This document shows, in pieces, positions 27,147 to 42,012 of a DNA stretch of 64,000 nt (position 1 is its first letter; every line of letters starts with the position of its first letter). Under the pieces are notes generated by a model. That model searched no databases. It saw nothing but the letters and a program-made list of their open reading frames with translations, and was not told the DNA's origin. The translations under genes were made by a program, and so were the position numbers. Source of the stretch: Octopus vulgaris (lineage: Eukaryota); contig OX597820.1 of NCBI GenBank assembly GCA_951406725.2, positions 24,986,001 to 25,050,000 on the forward strand, read 5' to 3'.

Positions 27147-28683
27147 AGTGTCATTGCTTGTGTTTGTCCCTCCATTGCATAGCTTGAAAATTTGTGCTGG
27201 TTTGTTTACATCACTGTAACTTGGTAGTTTGACAAAAAAAAAAAGACTGATAGAATAAATACCAAACATAAAGAACAAGTACTGGGGTCAACGAGTTTGA
27301 TTAAACCCTTGAAGGCAGTGCCCCAGCATGGCCACAGCCCAATGACTCAAGCAAAAAATAAAAGATAAAAAATATGGTAGAAAAATATTTAGTATAAATA
27401 TATTTATTTCATTATTGCCTACCGGGGGCTAAACATAGAGGGGACAAACAAGGACAGAAAAAAGAATTAAGTCGATTACATCGACCCCAGTGTGTAACTG
27501 ATACTTGTTTAATTGACCCTGAAAGGATGAAAGGCAAAGTTGTCCTCAGCAGAATTTGAACTCAGAACATAACAGCAGACGAAATACCATTAGTATTTCC
27601 CCCGGCGTGCTAACAATTCTACTAGCTCACCGCCTTTTATTAAGATATTAGTATTAAGATATTACTTACAAAAGGGTAAGCAAACAATGAAAGAATTCTG
27701 TTAAAACCTTCACAGGTTCTTGCTAAGAACATCTCTTTACATGGTTTCTCATGTTTTCTGAAGAAAAAAAAGCAAGAAAGAGAGAAATATATAATATTAT
27801 ATAGTACAGTTTTAAAATACAACTTACAAACTGGTTAGTTTTTCACTTTACTTTTATCAAACAGAAACTGAAAGAATGTCTTAAACAAGGATGCAGGTAA
27901 GGCCACAGCACTGTGAAGCTAACTTACCTACAGCAAATACCATTTACCAAAACATTAAGGTGACCAATGATTTCTGAGTGAAGCTTGGTAGTCAGAAAAT
28001 GTGCAGAAGTCATGTGTGCACGTATGTACACAGATACACACATGATCATCATCATCACCACCACCACCACCACCATCATCTTTTAAGGTTTCATACTAGC
28101 ATGGGTTGGAAGTTTTGGCAGGATCCACTGGATTCAGAGACTGCACCGTGCTCTAGTATCTACTTCAACATAGCTTCTATGGCTGGATGCTTTTCCTAAT
28201 GCCATCCACCCTATAGAATGTTCCGAGTGCTTTTCACATGCCACCAACACTGGTGAGGTCGCCAAGCATTCTGCAAGACTGTGAACCCAAAAGAAGCAAG
28301 CAACTTTACACTGGAAGATGAGGTATCAATGTATGAGAGAAGGGACCAGAACAATACAAATTTAGTTGCTGCTGATATAGAAATGCAGCAACTGAAAAAA
28401 ATCACTGATGTCGCAGTTAGTCATCAGATTTAAATCTGTCTTAACAAGTGGATACAGCTACTGATGATGCTCAAAGGAGGAGAAATACGTATCTAGCAAA
28501 AGCACACCCAATTCTTGATGATTTTCATCTACTACTGATATATTTGTGTGTTTTCTTTAACAATATATATGTTTATAAAAGATGCTTGCTTGGGATGAAT
28601 ACTGCAGTTTTCAGGTTTTGAACAGTATATCTGTTTTAAGTATTATATACAGATTGCTATTTTGCTGCTTCTGTCAGTAACGA

Positions 28684-28724
<41 letters not shown>

Positions 28725-31700
28725 TACACTCACGGAGTGGTTGGCGTTAGGAAGGGCATCCAGCCGTAGAAACACTGCCAGATTTGACTGGGCCTGATGA
28801 AGCCTTCTGGCTTCACAGACCCCAGTAGAACCGTCCAACCCATGCTAACATGGAAAACGGACGCTAAACGATGATGATGATGATGATGATATATATATAC
28901 ACACACAATTATGTGCTTTTTCTACAGTATTACAGCATTTTAGCTCTTATTTCTAGCAATATAGGTACTCTGACACCCTTGATCACTTTTAGTGACAATT
29001 ATATTTTTCCTTTATAGTAACACATTGCACATGGCTTTTTATATTAATATATACATATATGTATATGTATACATTTACATGTCTATGTATATCCACACAC
29101 ACACACACAAATACACCGATGTAAGTGAAAAGACATGAATAAAATTGAAAAGCAAAAAGGGAAATTTTCCTATTTAGTCATCATGACTACCAGATTCATT
29201 ATGATATTGGCTTATACTGGTGATTGTAAGCAATTACTATGGTTAAAGACAGAACATTTTATGAAGTCTTATGGGTTGACACACAAAGCAAAGTTTCTTG
29301 GGACAACAGCAAAAGAGATGAGAAAAAATAAGAGTTTTGTGGCCTGATATAAAAGCAATAATATCTTTTAACAAAGAATGAAACAAAGATGAAGTTTGTA
29401 CTGGGGAAAACAGAAATGAAGACTTGGAGCAAAATAACACTGGAGATAAAGTGAGACATGAAGTTAGTGAGAAGTTAGAGAGAAGAAAGGCTGGCAGAGA
29501 AGTGTGTTGAAAAAAAACCAGGAGCAACAGTAAAGTGCTAATGTAGGAGTGGGGGGGGAGAGAGGAAGTGAGTGTGTGTGAGATAGAAAGAGAGAAAACA
29601 TAATAGAGAGGGAAATAAAAGTTTAAATCACCATAGATGGGAAAATCCGTTAAGGTAAACAAAAAGTAGACTTTCTGTTTGGATTATAAATAATTGTAAA
29701 AGAAAAGATTTGGAAAATAATGAAAAGACAAACAAAAATAAAACATGGAAGTACCCCTCATTAACTGCAGATACCAGATTCATGATAGTTTCAACCCTAA
29801 ACCTGGAACTACTTGTCTGGCAAATATGAGTGACTGTAAACAATCCATAGAGAGAAAGAGAACATTTAACAATGTCTTATAATTAATTAAACACTCAAAA
29901 GATATTCTTTCTCAACAAGCTACAAAGTAGTGATATACTGCACTTAATGAAAACACATTCGGATTAATTCAATACTACTGGATTTCTCTTAAGAAGTTAT
30001 CTTTTATGCAAGAAATTAAACTGTTAGCCATTTCTAAAAACCAAGCCAAATCAAACTGGAACCTGGTGCAGCTCTCCGGCTTGCCAGCATGGTGGAGGGA
30101 CGTTAAAGGATGATGATGATGGTAATGATGATGATTCTCTCATACTTTTACCCATCTTTTTCCTCTCATAGTCTTGTAAACTGTAAAATGGCATCACTGG
30201 TGCTGGTGGCACAAAAAAACACATCTGCCACATGCTGTAAAGTGGTTGGCAGTGGGAAGGCCATTCTGTTGTAGAAACCATGCCAAAGTAAACATTGGAG
30301 CATGATGCAGCACTTGGGGCCCCATTAGATACTGTCAAACTATCCAAACCATGCAACCATGAAACATTAATGTTTAAATGTTGATGATGAAGATGATGAT
30401 GACAATGTCAGCGGTGGTGGAAATGACGGCAACAGCGACAGTGGCAGTGACAGCAATGGTAACAACAACAATGATGACAATGATGATTTGATATATGTGT
30501 AGCAGTCTGATGATGGTGCATGGCTCAGTGGTTAGAGCATCAGGCCCACAATCATGAGGTAGTGAGTTCAATTCCTAGATTGGGCTGTGTGTTGTGTTCT
30601 TGAGCAAGACACTTTATTTCACATTACACCTCTTTACTCAGCTGTATAAATGAGTTGCAATGTCACTGGTGCTAAGTTGTATCAGCCTTTGCCTTTCCCT
30701 TGGTCAACATCAGTGGCACGGAGAGGGAAGACTGGTATGCATGGGTGACAGCTGGTCTTCCACAAAACTACCGTACCCAGATTTGTGCCCCGGAGGGGAG
30801 CTTTCTTGGTGCAATCTCATAGTCATTCATGACCGAAGGGGGTCTTTACCTTTTTAAGCAATTCGATGTCTAATGCACTATACTACAGATACATCCCCGA
30901 TATTAATCATATATTTTGTAATTTAACAGTGTAAAAGCCGCATGTTCAATTCAAGCATTTGAAAGTATTTCTGAACATCAACCATTATCATTAATTTTGA
31001 TATTATTCATTTTTCGTTTTGGGATTTGGTTTGCAAGGTTCTTTATATGAGTTCGTGTGTTGAAGCATATTCTGTTGTGTCTGGGGAGAGTCATTTTCTT
31101 TTTGTGCCTTATAATGTAACACACTCACCGGTAAAATTTCCACTTTTTTTCTTATTTTTATTTTCCTAAAATTTTCGTTGCGTCTTGCAACCTTTTCAAT
31201 AGTTTTTGACTCAATAGTCTTGATATTATTCAATTCTTTAATTAATTTGAAAAACATGTAGAAGCCCACCATGGAAGTAAATTCATTCTTGTAACATGTG
31301 CGACAGAACTGCTCAGAATAAATATTTGACCAAAATACGTGTAATGGTGAAGTCAAAATCAACCCCAAGCTTATATTGAATCTGAACCAACCATAGTCTT
31401 CAGAATTCTAAAAAAAATGTCATGTCTGCCTCTAAGGACAATACAATGTTTTTAGTTTTTACTAGGAGGAGTGCAAAGAGATTGTGTGAACTTCCAGGAA
31501 GCAAGGTAGATAGCGTGCAAGTGTATTTCTGTGTATGTATGTATGGTTACATGTGTATGTGTGTTAGTGTGTATTACATTAATTATACTAATTCTTTAAT
31601 TATATTAATTACTAGCAGTATCGCCCGGCGTTGCTCGGGTTTGTAAGGGAAATAACTATATAAGCATTTTTAGAGAGTTATAGCCAAAAAATAGCAAAAA

Positions 31701-34700
31701 AATGCATTAAAAATGGAAAAAAAATGATGGTAAATTCTTTTTAAATCGTCGACTCATCGTAGACATTTTTAGAGAGTTATTTCCCTTAGCGAAAAAAATG
31801 CATTAAAATGGAAAAAATGATGGTAAATTATTTTTTAAATCGTAGACTCATCGTAGACGCGCGCTAATACCCAGAAGGGCTCGATATGAATCACAACTAT
31901 AAGATACCCGCTTTTGGTTACACTGCACCGCAAAATGTGGGAGTAGTTAGGAATCTAAATCGTAGGAGACAGACACACAACCTCTCTTTTATATATAAAG
32001 ATTACTGAAAATAACCCTCACTAGTTTCCTTATATTCTGTATTTTACTCTATACCAATCATGGGTAAACTGAGTCAGTCAGAAAGTTCCATGGGCCACAT
32101 ACAGCCCACAAGACTTTCTTTCTGAATGGCATGCCAATGAAAATTTACTTTGGATTTTTTAGTAGTGCAGCCTAACGATGAGCCATGTCTTACGCAACTC
32201 ATTTCTTGAAAAAGATTGCCCATGCCTGGTCTAAACAATACTTACATTATTCTTCTCAAGACGTGGCCATCAGACCACAATATATGCATTGTTATACAGA
32301 GAGCATCCAAGATTCTAGGAGGAGTAAATTCAACGACCTGTAAATCAAATGAAACAGCAACATTTATCAGTGATGGATGCTTCATTGCAAGAACAAATAA
32401 GAGAGAACTCAATTGTCTCTGGATGTTTGAAAATTGAAGGGAAACATAGAAGATGATGGACATGGAAGATCCTTAGTGAAAAGAGATGGGAAATCAGAAA
32501 TGTTCAGAAATTGAGCATCGTCCAAATGTGTTGCATGCAACCAATAGAACCCACGTGGAAGTGTTCCAATATTACTAATAAAACTTTATTTCTTTGCCTA
32601 TGTTTTCCAATTAACCCTGCTAAGTTATCCTCATTTTCCATTTCTTTTTGATATTTTTCAAATTGTAAAGGTAATTTATGGACATGCTGTATTATATTTC
32701 TACAAGAAGAAAATCAAAGTCAACTCCATAGCAATGATCCAGAATGTTAGGGAATGAAATTAAATACTGTATGGCCTTTGGCTGTACTTTATCATTTATG
32801 CAACTCTAACAACTTCTTTACGGTACTAATAATAATTGTTTCTAATTTTGGAACAAGGCCTGAAATTTGTGGTGGGAGGCAGGCAGTTGATTACATTGAC
32901 TCCAATGCTCATTTTATTAACCCTGAAAGGATGAAAGGCAAAGTTGAACTTTCAACACAAAATGTAAAAAAAAAAAAAAAAAAAAAAAAAATGAAATGCT
33001 GAGAAGAATTGTGTCCAGCATGCTAAATGATTCTGCTACCTCACTGCACCACCACTATCACCACCACCACGACCAACCACCACCACCACTACTACTACTA
33101 ATAATAATAATAATCCTTCCTATTACAGGCACAAGGCCTGAAATTTTGGGGAAGGGGACTGGTTGATTACATTGACCCTAGTGCTTGACTAGTACTTATT
33201 TTATCAACCCCGAAAGGATGAAAGGCAAAGTCAACCCCAACAGAATTTGAACTTAGAACATCAAGACAGCTGAAATACCTATTTCTTCACTACCCACCAG
33301 GGGCTAAACATAGAGTGGACAAACAAGGACAAAGGGATTAAGTCAAGTACATCGAACCCAGTACATAACTGGTACTTAATTTATCGACCCCGAAAGGATG
33401 AAAGGCAAATTCGACCTCGGCGGAAATTGAACTCACACCGTAACGGCAGACGAAATACTGCTAAGCATTTCACCAGGTGTGCTAATGATTCTGTCAGCTT
33501 GCTAGCTTGGGCATGGCTGTGTGGTTAGGGAGCTTGCTTCCTAGCTACATGGTTTCGGGTTCAGTCCCACTGCATGGCACTTTGGGTAGGTGTCTTCCAC
33601 TATAGCCCCGAGCCGACCGGAGCTTTGTGATTGAATTCGGTAGGTGGAAGTTACTGCCGTGTGTGTATGTGTGCATATAGCTGCTCAGTGCCTCTCCGAA
33701 AGAGAGAAAGGGAAATAATAATAGTAATAATAATGATAATGATGATGATGAATCCAACAAGCCAGGCATTGTTACCAAGGACAGAAGAACAGGATATGTA
33801 TATTTATTGACATTGCAATACCTTTCAAGAGACACCTTCAAGAAAATTACAGAGAAGCTGATTATGTACAATGGCCAGGAAATCAAACTCAACAAGATGA
33901 AGAAGATGAAAACTGAAACAATGCCAGTGGTCACTGGAACACTAAAACTCATTAAGCAGGAGATGGAAAAGGTCATCAATTGCATCCGAGGCAACATCAA
34001 TATTTATGTAGTCCAGCAGATTGTGCTACTTGGAATGGTGCATTGCGGTCAGTCAAGTGACATCAGGCCCATCGTTTGGACCTAGCTCAATAGGGTATAG
34101 TAAATAGAAAGAATAAACAATGGTTGTTTCTAATAAAGGCACAAAGCATGAAATCTTGAAAGGAGAAGTTGCCAAGCTAATTAGATGGCAGGCTAAGTGG
34201 GATTTGAACTCAGAACTTGAAGACCTGAAAGAAACAACACATGGCATTTTGTCTCATGCTTTAGTAATTCTGCAAGAGCAGCAACAGCAACAACAACATT
34301 AACATTCTTACCGTATGGCCTCTGGCTTCCAAAGCTTTCTTTGCTAAAAGAACTGCTCGCTGGCAGGCAGGAGTGGCATGAACTACATTATCAGTCACAT
34401 AATATCCAATCCGCAGTTTTCTTGTATCTTCAAACAGCTGGAAAGTATCAAGAAAAATTAATTCATTATTAGTATAAGAAATCATTACAGAAAACTACAT
34501 TAGCTCAGCAGTGTTTTTATTATTATTATTATCTTGAATTGGCAAGATCATCATCATCATCATCGTTTAACGTCCGCTTTCCATGCTAGCATGGGTTGGA
34601 CGATTTGACTGAGGTCTGGCAAACCAGATGGCTGCACCAGACTTCAATCTGATCTGGCAGAGTTTCTACAGCTGGATGCCCTTCCTAACGCCAACCACTC

Positions 34701-36484
34701 TGAGAGTGTAGTGGGTGCTTTTACGTGCCACCAGCACGAGGGCCAGTCAGGCGGTACTGGCAATGGCCACGCTCAAATGGTGCTTTTTATGTACCACCCG
34801 CACAGGAGCCAGTCCAGCGGCTCTGGCAATGACCTCGCTTGAGTGTTTTTTCACGTGCCACCAGCACAAGTGCTAGTAAGGCGACACAGGTAACGATCAT
34901 ACTCGAATGGTGTTTTTAACGTGCTATTGGCACGGAGGCCAGCTTGTTGTTCTGGCAACGATCTCACTCATATCGCACTCTTAGTTCATGAAGCCCCCAG
35001 TAAGAAAAGATATGTTTGCAAAACTGTCTTATAAATTTATTTAGGTAAATTACTTTTAGTTTTTGTTTCTTGTCAGTTTTTTCCCCTGAAATTTGGATGA
35101 CATATTCTGATATTCCTTTTAGAATTCATCCAAAGAGTGGTGAATGTTAATTATGTATAATTTTCATTGTTTAGTAACCAAAACAAAAAGAAACAATTCA
35201 ACATAAAACAACGGCACTCAGATAGGGCAAACCTCCACCAAAACAACACCAATGTCCTCTCAGTGATTAGCTGGAGATGATTTTTAAAATGAGAATATCT
35301 GAAATATACTTGACTGCTCTCACAAATGAGAATACTAAAAATGAACCCAACTGCTTCCAAAAATTAAGAATCCTTGTCCAGTACAGGATCATGCCCAAAA
35401 TCTAATCAGTTCATACCAGCCACGAGGCCAAACATCCCTGAAAGTTCCATCTGAATCCATCCAGTGGTTCTTGAGATATCTTGTCCACGGATAAACAAAG
35501 AAACAAACAAACAAGACTAAAAACAATACCTCCACCTTTGCTAAGACGGAGGTAATAAATGGTGATGAAGTAAGCCACTAAAACATGCAAAAACCATGAA
35601 ATTAGAATGAAAATCATACAGAAATAAAAAAGGTGAAAAAAAAATAGTATTTGAGAAAATACTAGCATTTTGAAAATGAAATAAACCCTTTATGTGTCAG
35701 TAATATTGCTCTCTACTGATAATAACTCTTTCAAAGAATGTATGTCAGTAATATTGATGGCAGTTTCTTTATGTCTGAAGATCCTGTGGAAGTGCAGCAT
35801 GCCCACAAGTAGCTATATAAACCGATCTTTGATGCTGCAGGACTTTTCTTCCTATCTGCACTTAGTATTTTTATAGCGTGAGTCAGTCCACACTATCCAA
35901 TCCCACTTGACAGAGTTGGAGGATAGACCACAGTGACTCAGCAAGCTAAGACAGCTGCCGTGACCAGCAAACTGTAGGTTTTACACTGCAATGGCCTTCT
36001 CCTAGGTGAACTGCCTTACAGGGTTGGAAATCTCCAACAAGCCTATTGTCAGTGATATTAATGACTTAATTAAACGAGTGAAGGTGCATGGTTTAGTGGT
36101 TAAAGTATTCAGCACATGATTGTATGTTCGTGAGTTCAATTCCTGGCGACATGTGTCTTTGAGCAAGACACTTTATTTCATGTAACTTCAGTCCACTCAG
36201 CTAGCAAAACTAAGTAGAATTGAGTAGTACCCGCATTTCAAAGGGCCAGTCTTATCACACTTTGTCTCATGCTGAATCTCCCTGAGAACTATGTTAAAGG
36301 TACACATATAGGCATAGGAGTGGCTGTGTGGTAAGTAACTTGCTTATCAAGCACTTGGTTCCAGGTTTAGTCCCACTGCATGACACCTTGGGCTAATGTC
36401 TTCTACTATAGCCTCAGGCCGACCAAAGCCTTGTGAGCAGATTTGGTAGACAGAAACTGAAAGAAGCCCGTCGTATATATATAC

Positions 36485-36526
<42 letters not shown>

Positions 36527-38522
36527 GTATTCGTGTGTCTATGCATGTGTGTGTATGCATGCATATGTGTATGCCAGTTTGACACACACACACACACACA
36601 CACTTTTTAACAAATGAAGAAAACAATGAAAAAGACACCAATGATAGTAGTTGTAGTCATGACAATACAGTGGGTGGAAGAAATGAAAGAGATAAATGGC
36701 AGTTGTAAAGATGGTATTGGTGATGAAATTATGATGTTATGGTGGTAATGGTGGAGGTAAACATGGTATTTCTGATCAAACAGTACAGCAGTAATTCTGG
36801 AAAGTGTATAAAAATTAATCAAAGCAATTCCTTACATGATTTTGGAATTCCACAGGAATTATTTTGTGATCCATTTCAAAAACTTCAGGGGAAAACAGTG
36901 CTTTTGCCGTAATAACTAGACCATCGGCAGTCTGAGACATTGGACCAATGGAATTCTCGACTGTAATTGAAGGAATAATTAATAATTAACAACAAATTTG
37001 TTATGTAAATAGGCATAAGTGTATGGTTAAGATGCTCACTCTATGACACCATGATGGGAACTGTTACAACCTGTCCTTTGTTATGACAGCATGGAAAGGA
37101 GATGCATGCACATTCATACAGACACATATACATATAAAGGGTAAAGACCCCCTTCGGTCATGAATGACCATGGGATTGCACCTAGAAAGTTACCCTCCTA
37201 GACACAAGTCCGGGCAAGGTTGTTTATGGAAGACCAGCAGTCGCCCATGCATACCAGCCTCCCCTCTCCACGCCACCAGTGTTATCCAAGGGAAAGACAA
37301 AGGTCGATACAGCTTGACACCAGTGACGTCGCAACTCATTTCTACAGCTGAGTGAACTGGAGCAACGTGAAATAAAGTGCCTTGCTCAAGAACACAACAC
37401 GCAGCCCGCTCCGGGATTCGAGCTCACAACCTCACGATCGTAAGCTCAACGCTCTAACCACTGAGCCATGCGCCTTCACTATACATATACATATACAAGC
37501 ACACATATAAATACATACACACACAGATACATACACATGCACACATATAAATACATACACACACATACATACATATGTTCACACTCACACATCCACACAA
37601 AGACATACGTACACACACATACACATGTGCATGCATACACACACACAGTTGCATGCACACACATGCATATATCCACACAATCTTATACATACATGCATAT
37701 ACACACACACATACTCACATACAAGTACATATACCTATTCCCTTAACTACAGACCCAGTCACACTGTCCCCACCCATTTCCTCTTCAACCACATAATCCA
37801 TTTCCTGTTCGTCATGCAGCCTTTTTGCCAAGGAGCCATTGTCTCTGTACTACCAATATTAAAAATGTGACATCATGTGACCATCCTTGATCAATTGCAG
37901 CCCATCTGCCAATAGCCGTCTTGGACTTACTCTATCTTTATTCGAATGTCCACTGGCTCGATGACAAGCCCTGTTAGAGGCTTTTAAACTTTAAGTAGCA
38001 TGTAATCTGAAGCAAACTATCTGATCCATATATATATATAAGAAATAATTGAGATTCAGTTGAATTAGGTACTTAAGTTGAAGCACCAAAACAGTCTGGT
38101 ATTAACTGCAGAACTCGAAGTAAGCTGAATAAAATCAAAATAAGCAACAGGATATCAAATAATGATGTAGTACAACCATTTCAAGTGGCTCCATTTAATT
38201 GAACAATGCAATCATTACATCAATTTAAATTCAATGCCATCTTCAGCTGTACAAAAAAATAAATGGAATTTTAACAAGTAGGACACATTAAGAAGTTGTG
38301 GTCTATTCTTATCTGCAATAGCGACAACATGAATTTCTTCCATCTTTTCACTCTGTTAAAATATTTAAGAAAAATTATATTAATGTGTCCTACTTGTTAA
38401 AATTCCATTTATTTATTTGTGCAGCCGAAGATGGCAATGCATTTAAATTGATGAAATGATCGCATCGTTAAACCACACTGCTATGCCTGCACCTGTATAT
38501 GTGTGTGTGTGTGTGTGTGTTC

Positions 38523-38555
<33 letters not shown>

Positions 38556-40736
38556 TATATGTATATGTCAAGTTTGTGATTTTCGAGTGGCATGGATAGT
38601 ACGGGAATGTTTCTGTCAGACACCATATGATGTAGTTTCTCTGCAGAAATGTGGTGGCACCAATATGTAAATAACAAAGGCAACAGAAGAAGGCAGGAAG
38701 TGCTGGGAGGGGGTAAAGAGATGGGAGAACAAGAAGGGGGAGAAAAGGGGAGAGGTGAAGGAGGGAATAAACAAAAAAACAAACAAGGAAAGAATGAAAG
38801 AAAGTGAAAATAAAGAAAATAGAAGGAAGGAAAAGAAATAGAGAAAACAAGAGACACAGAGAGAAAGAGAGAGAGAGAGGAAAGAAAGAAAGAAAGAATG
38901 AAAGACAAGAGCCAGAAGTGAAAAGAAGATATGAAGATTTAACGAGTGAGGCAAATAAGTACAAGTAAAAACAATGGTGGATATAAGAGAGCAGAGTACC
39001 TTATATACACCAGCACCATCCTGTTGGTGTTGTTGAAGGCTCTATAATAGGGAATATACTGTCACAAACTTCTGACAAAGGACACCCATGGTAAAACATT
39101 CCAGCCATAACTATCATGTACCTGTAATGTTATTATCTGTCCAAGTATGCTTGAGGCACGTTTGAACTGGGGAACAAGCTACTCACTGTGTTTTGTCACA
39201 GAAAATTATATCCCGTTTGTTGACAAATGGTGTGTATACACCTAGATTAGATGTGCCTCTAACATATTCGGGCTGATAATAACATTATGTTGAGACCCCC
39301 TTTGGTCATGACTGACCGTGGAATTGCTTCTAGAAAGTTACCCTCCCAGGCGGAAGTCAGGGCAAGGTTGTTTATGGAGGACCCGCAGTCGCCCATGCAT
39401 ACCGGCCTCCCCTCTCCATGCCATCAGTGTTATCCAAAGGAAAGGCAAAGGGGCCGATACAGCTTGGTACCTGTGATGTCGCAACTCATTTCTACAGCTG
39501 AGTGAACTGGAGCAACGTGAAATAAAGTGTCTTGCTCAAGAACACAACACGCAGCCTGGTCCGAGATTCGAACTCACAACCTCACGACCGTAAGCTCGAT
39601 GCTCTAACCACTGAGCCATGCACCTTCACTTAATAACATTACAGTTTTACTTATCACTGATTAGCACTCCCCCACTGTAATTTACTTATGGTGAGCCACC
39701 AAATAGCGCTGCCAGTCACCGTATGATAACTGGAAAAGCATAAGAGAGTCAATCTCTTCAATCAGCTCATAGCACCACCTGCTTGGTGTCTGTGACCAAA
39801 GAGGTAATAACTACTCCGAAATTCCAGCATCTCACAGGCTGGGTAGGGAGCACTGTGAGCTGATCTAGGTCTGTACACACCATTTGCCAACAAACAGGAT
39901 ATATTTTCCGTGACAAATGCAGTGAATAGCTTGTTCTCTAGTTCAAATGTCCAACAAGCATATTTGGACTGATTACAATAACATTACATTTTTACTTATC
40001 ACTGTTTGGCACCCCCCGCCTCTATAACATCTTGTACTTATTTTCCAAACACAGTAAATCCAGAACTAATTTATCTAATGTCCTTTGCCATTTTTTTTAG
40101 AGGTAGGGTAGGTGAGGGAAATTTACCTGCTATTTCTAGCAGGTTACGTGATTGCATAGTGGTTACCTCATTAGTTCATGTCACCAAAGATTTTGTGCAT
40201 AAATGGAGACAAGAAGGGAAAAATAGTGATATAATTCTTACTGAGAATTTGATCCTTGAATGCATTACATGTGCTTCCTGTCCTGTAATTGGAATTTGAA
40301 AATGAACTAATTCACAAATGTATGATTTAATTAGCAATATTATATTCACACTTAGCAATTAATAAAAGAAAATATAATTACAAATAAAATCATCAAATGA
40401 CAAAATTCATCTCGTGACAAAATTCCATGCAGCACAGAATTTTGTCAGTGAACAGGTCACGGTCTCAAAGCGATGAAAATATTTTGGCAAATGAAATTTA
40501 AATGTTGAAGTGAATCAAACAGTTTTTGTGTGTTTCTTAAATGGCTTATAAACACTTTCCATGCTGCAATTGTTTTCGTTCAAGCACACAATCTCAGATC
40601 AGGTCACTTGCTATGCAAGTACATCTCCATAATATATATATAACTGAATAAAGATTATAAGATTATGAAACTGCTGTAAACATATGAGATAGATTATTTT
40701 TATCTCTCATTTCACCTAAATTTGATTATATTTATA

Positions 40737-40774
<38 letters not shown>

Positions 40775-41259
40775 AATTAAAAATAGCAAAACAACAAAAG
40801 TCAAAAGGACATACACATGGAATGTGTTAGCTTGACATTCAGTATAAGAGGGCAAAACAGAGTGGGTGTATGTTTTGATCATGGTTCTTCATCAGAAAGA
40901 GGAGAGAGAAAAGGTTCAGTGAAAGAAAAAAAAGTCCAAGAAAAGCATGTGTGGCTACATATATACATACATTCATACACATACGTGTGTATGTGTGTGC
41001 GCACATTTGTCTCTTTATCTTTTTCTTTTATATTTCATTTGTCATTGGATTGTGGCCATACTGGTGCACTGTCCTGAAGGATTTAACCAAACAAATCAAT
41101 CCCAGTACTTATTGATTTCTATTGGTCTCTTTTGCCAAACTGCTAAGTTAAGGAATGTACACAAACCAACATTGGTTGTTAAGCAGTGAAAGGAGAAATG
41201 CAAAGACAGAAGCACACACACACACACACACATACACACACGCACATGCACACACATAC

Positions 41260-41290
<31 letters not shown>

Positions 41291-41964
41291 ACAGGATTCC
41301 ACAGAATTTTATCAACCAATTTCACTCATATTCACAAGGCACTTGTCAGCCAGGGGCTGCAGTAGAAGATACCTGCCCAAGGTGCCACGCAATGGGATTG
41401 AACCCAAAACAACATAGTAGCAATCCACAGCCATGCCTATGCCAAAAAAAAAAAAACATTTTATAAACTTACCCAAAACGATTAACCGTTGTTTTGAATC
41501 CAAAAACACCACAAAAATGAGCTGGAGCCCGAATGCTACCACCTAGGTCTGTTCCAATGCCTAAAATCGATCCACCAAAACCAATGAGGGCTGCTTCTCC
41601 TCCACTGGACCCTCCAGGACATCGATCAGCTTTATGTGGGTTAAGAGTTTGTCCATAAATATTATTATCACAGGCAATGCTGAAAAGAAAATATGAAAAT
41701 AAAAAATGTAAAAATAACTAATAAAAATCATTTGGGTTTTTTTTTTTACTTTTGCTCGTTTCATTCATTGGACTGTGGCCATGCTGGGGCACTGCCTTGA
41801 AGGGTTTAGTCGAAGAAATCAACCCTAGTGCTTATTTTTATTTCTAAATCCTGGTACTTATTTCATCATTCCCTTTCATCAAACTGCTAAGTTATGCATG
41901 CCCATGTAAAATGACCAACACTGATTGTGAAGCAGTGGTGGGGAGACAAACACGAACACAAAGG

Positions 41965-42012
<48 letters not shown>

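Noticed and set aside
29750-29833. Candidate exon after tgtttacag in ORF 29628..29843
   Set aside because: Stop codon in the required phase and no FAAH similarity.
31260-31410. CTGAAGA on the minus strand as another hammerhead
   Set aside because: No matching GAAA, stem II or cleavage triplet found.
37931-37970. AG...GTAAGT-flanked 40-bp candidate FAAH exon
   Set aside because: Wrong length for the required phase 2-1 (and frameshifting as a cassette); 40242-40282 fits instead.
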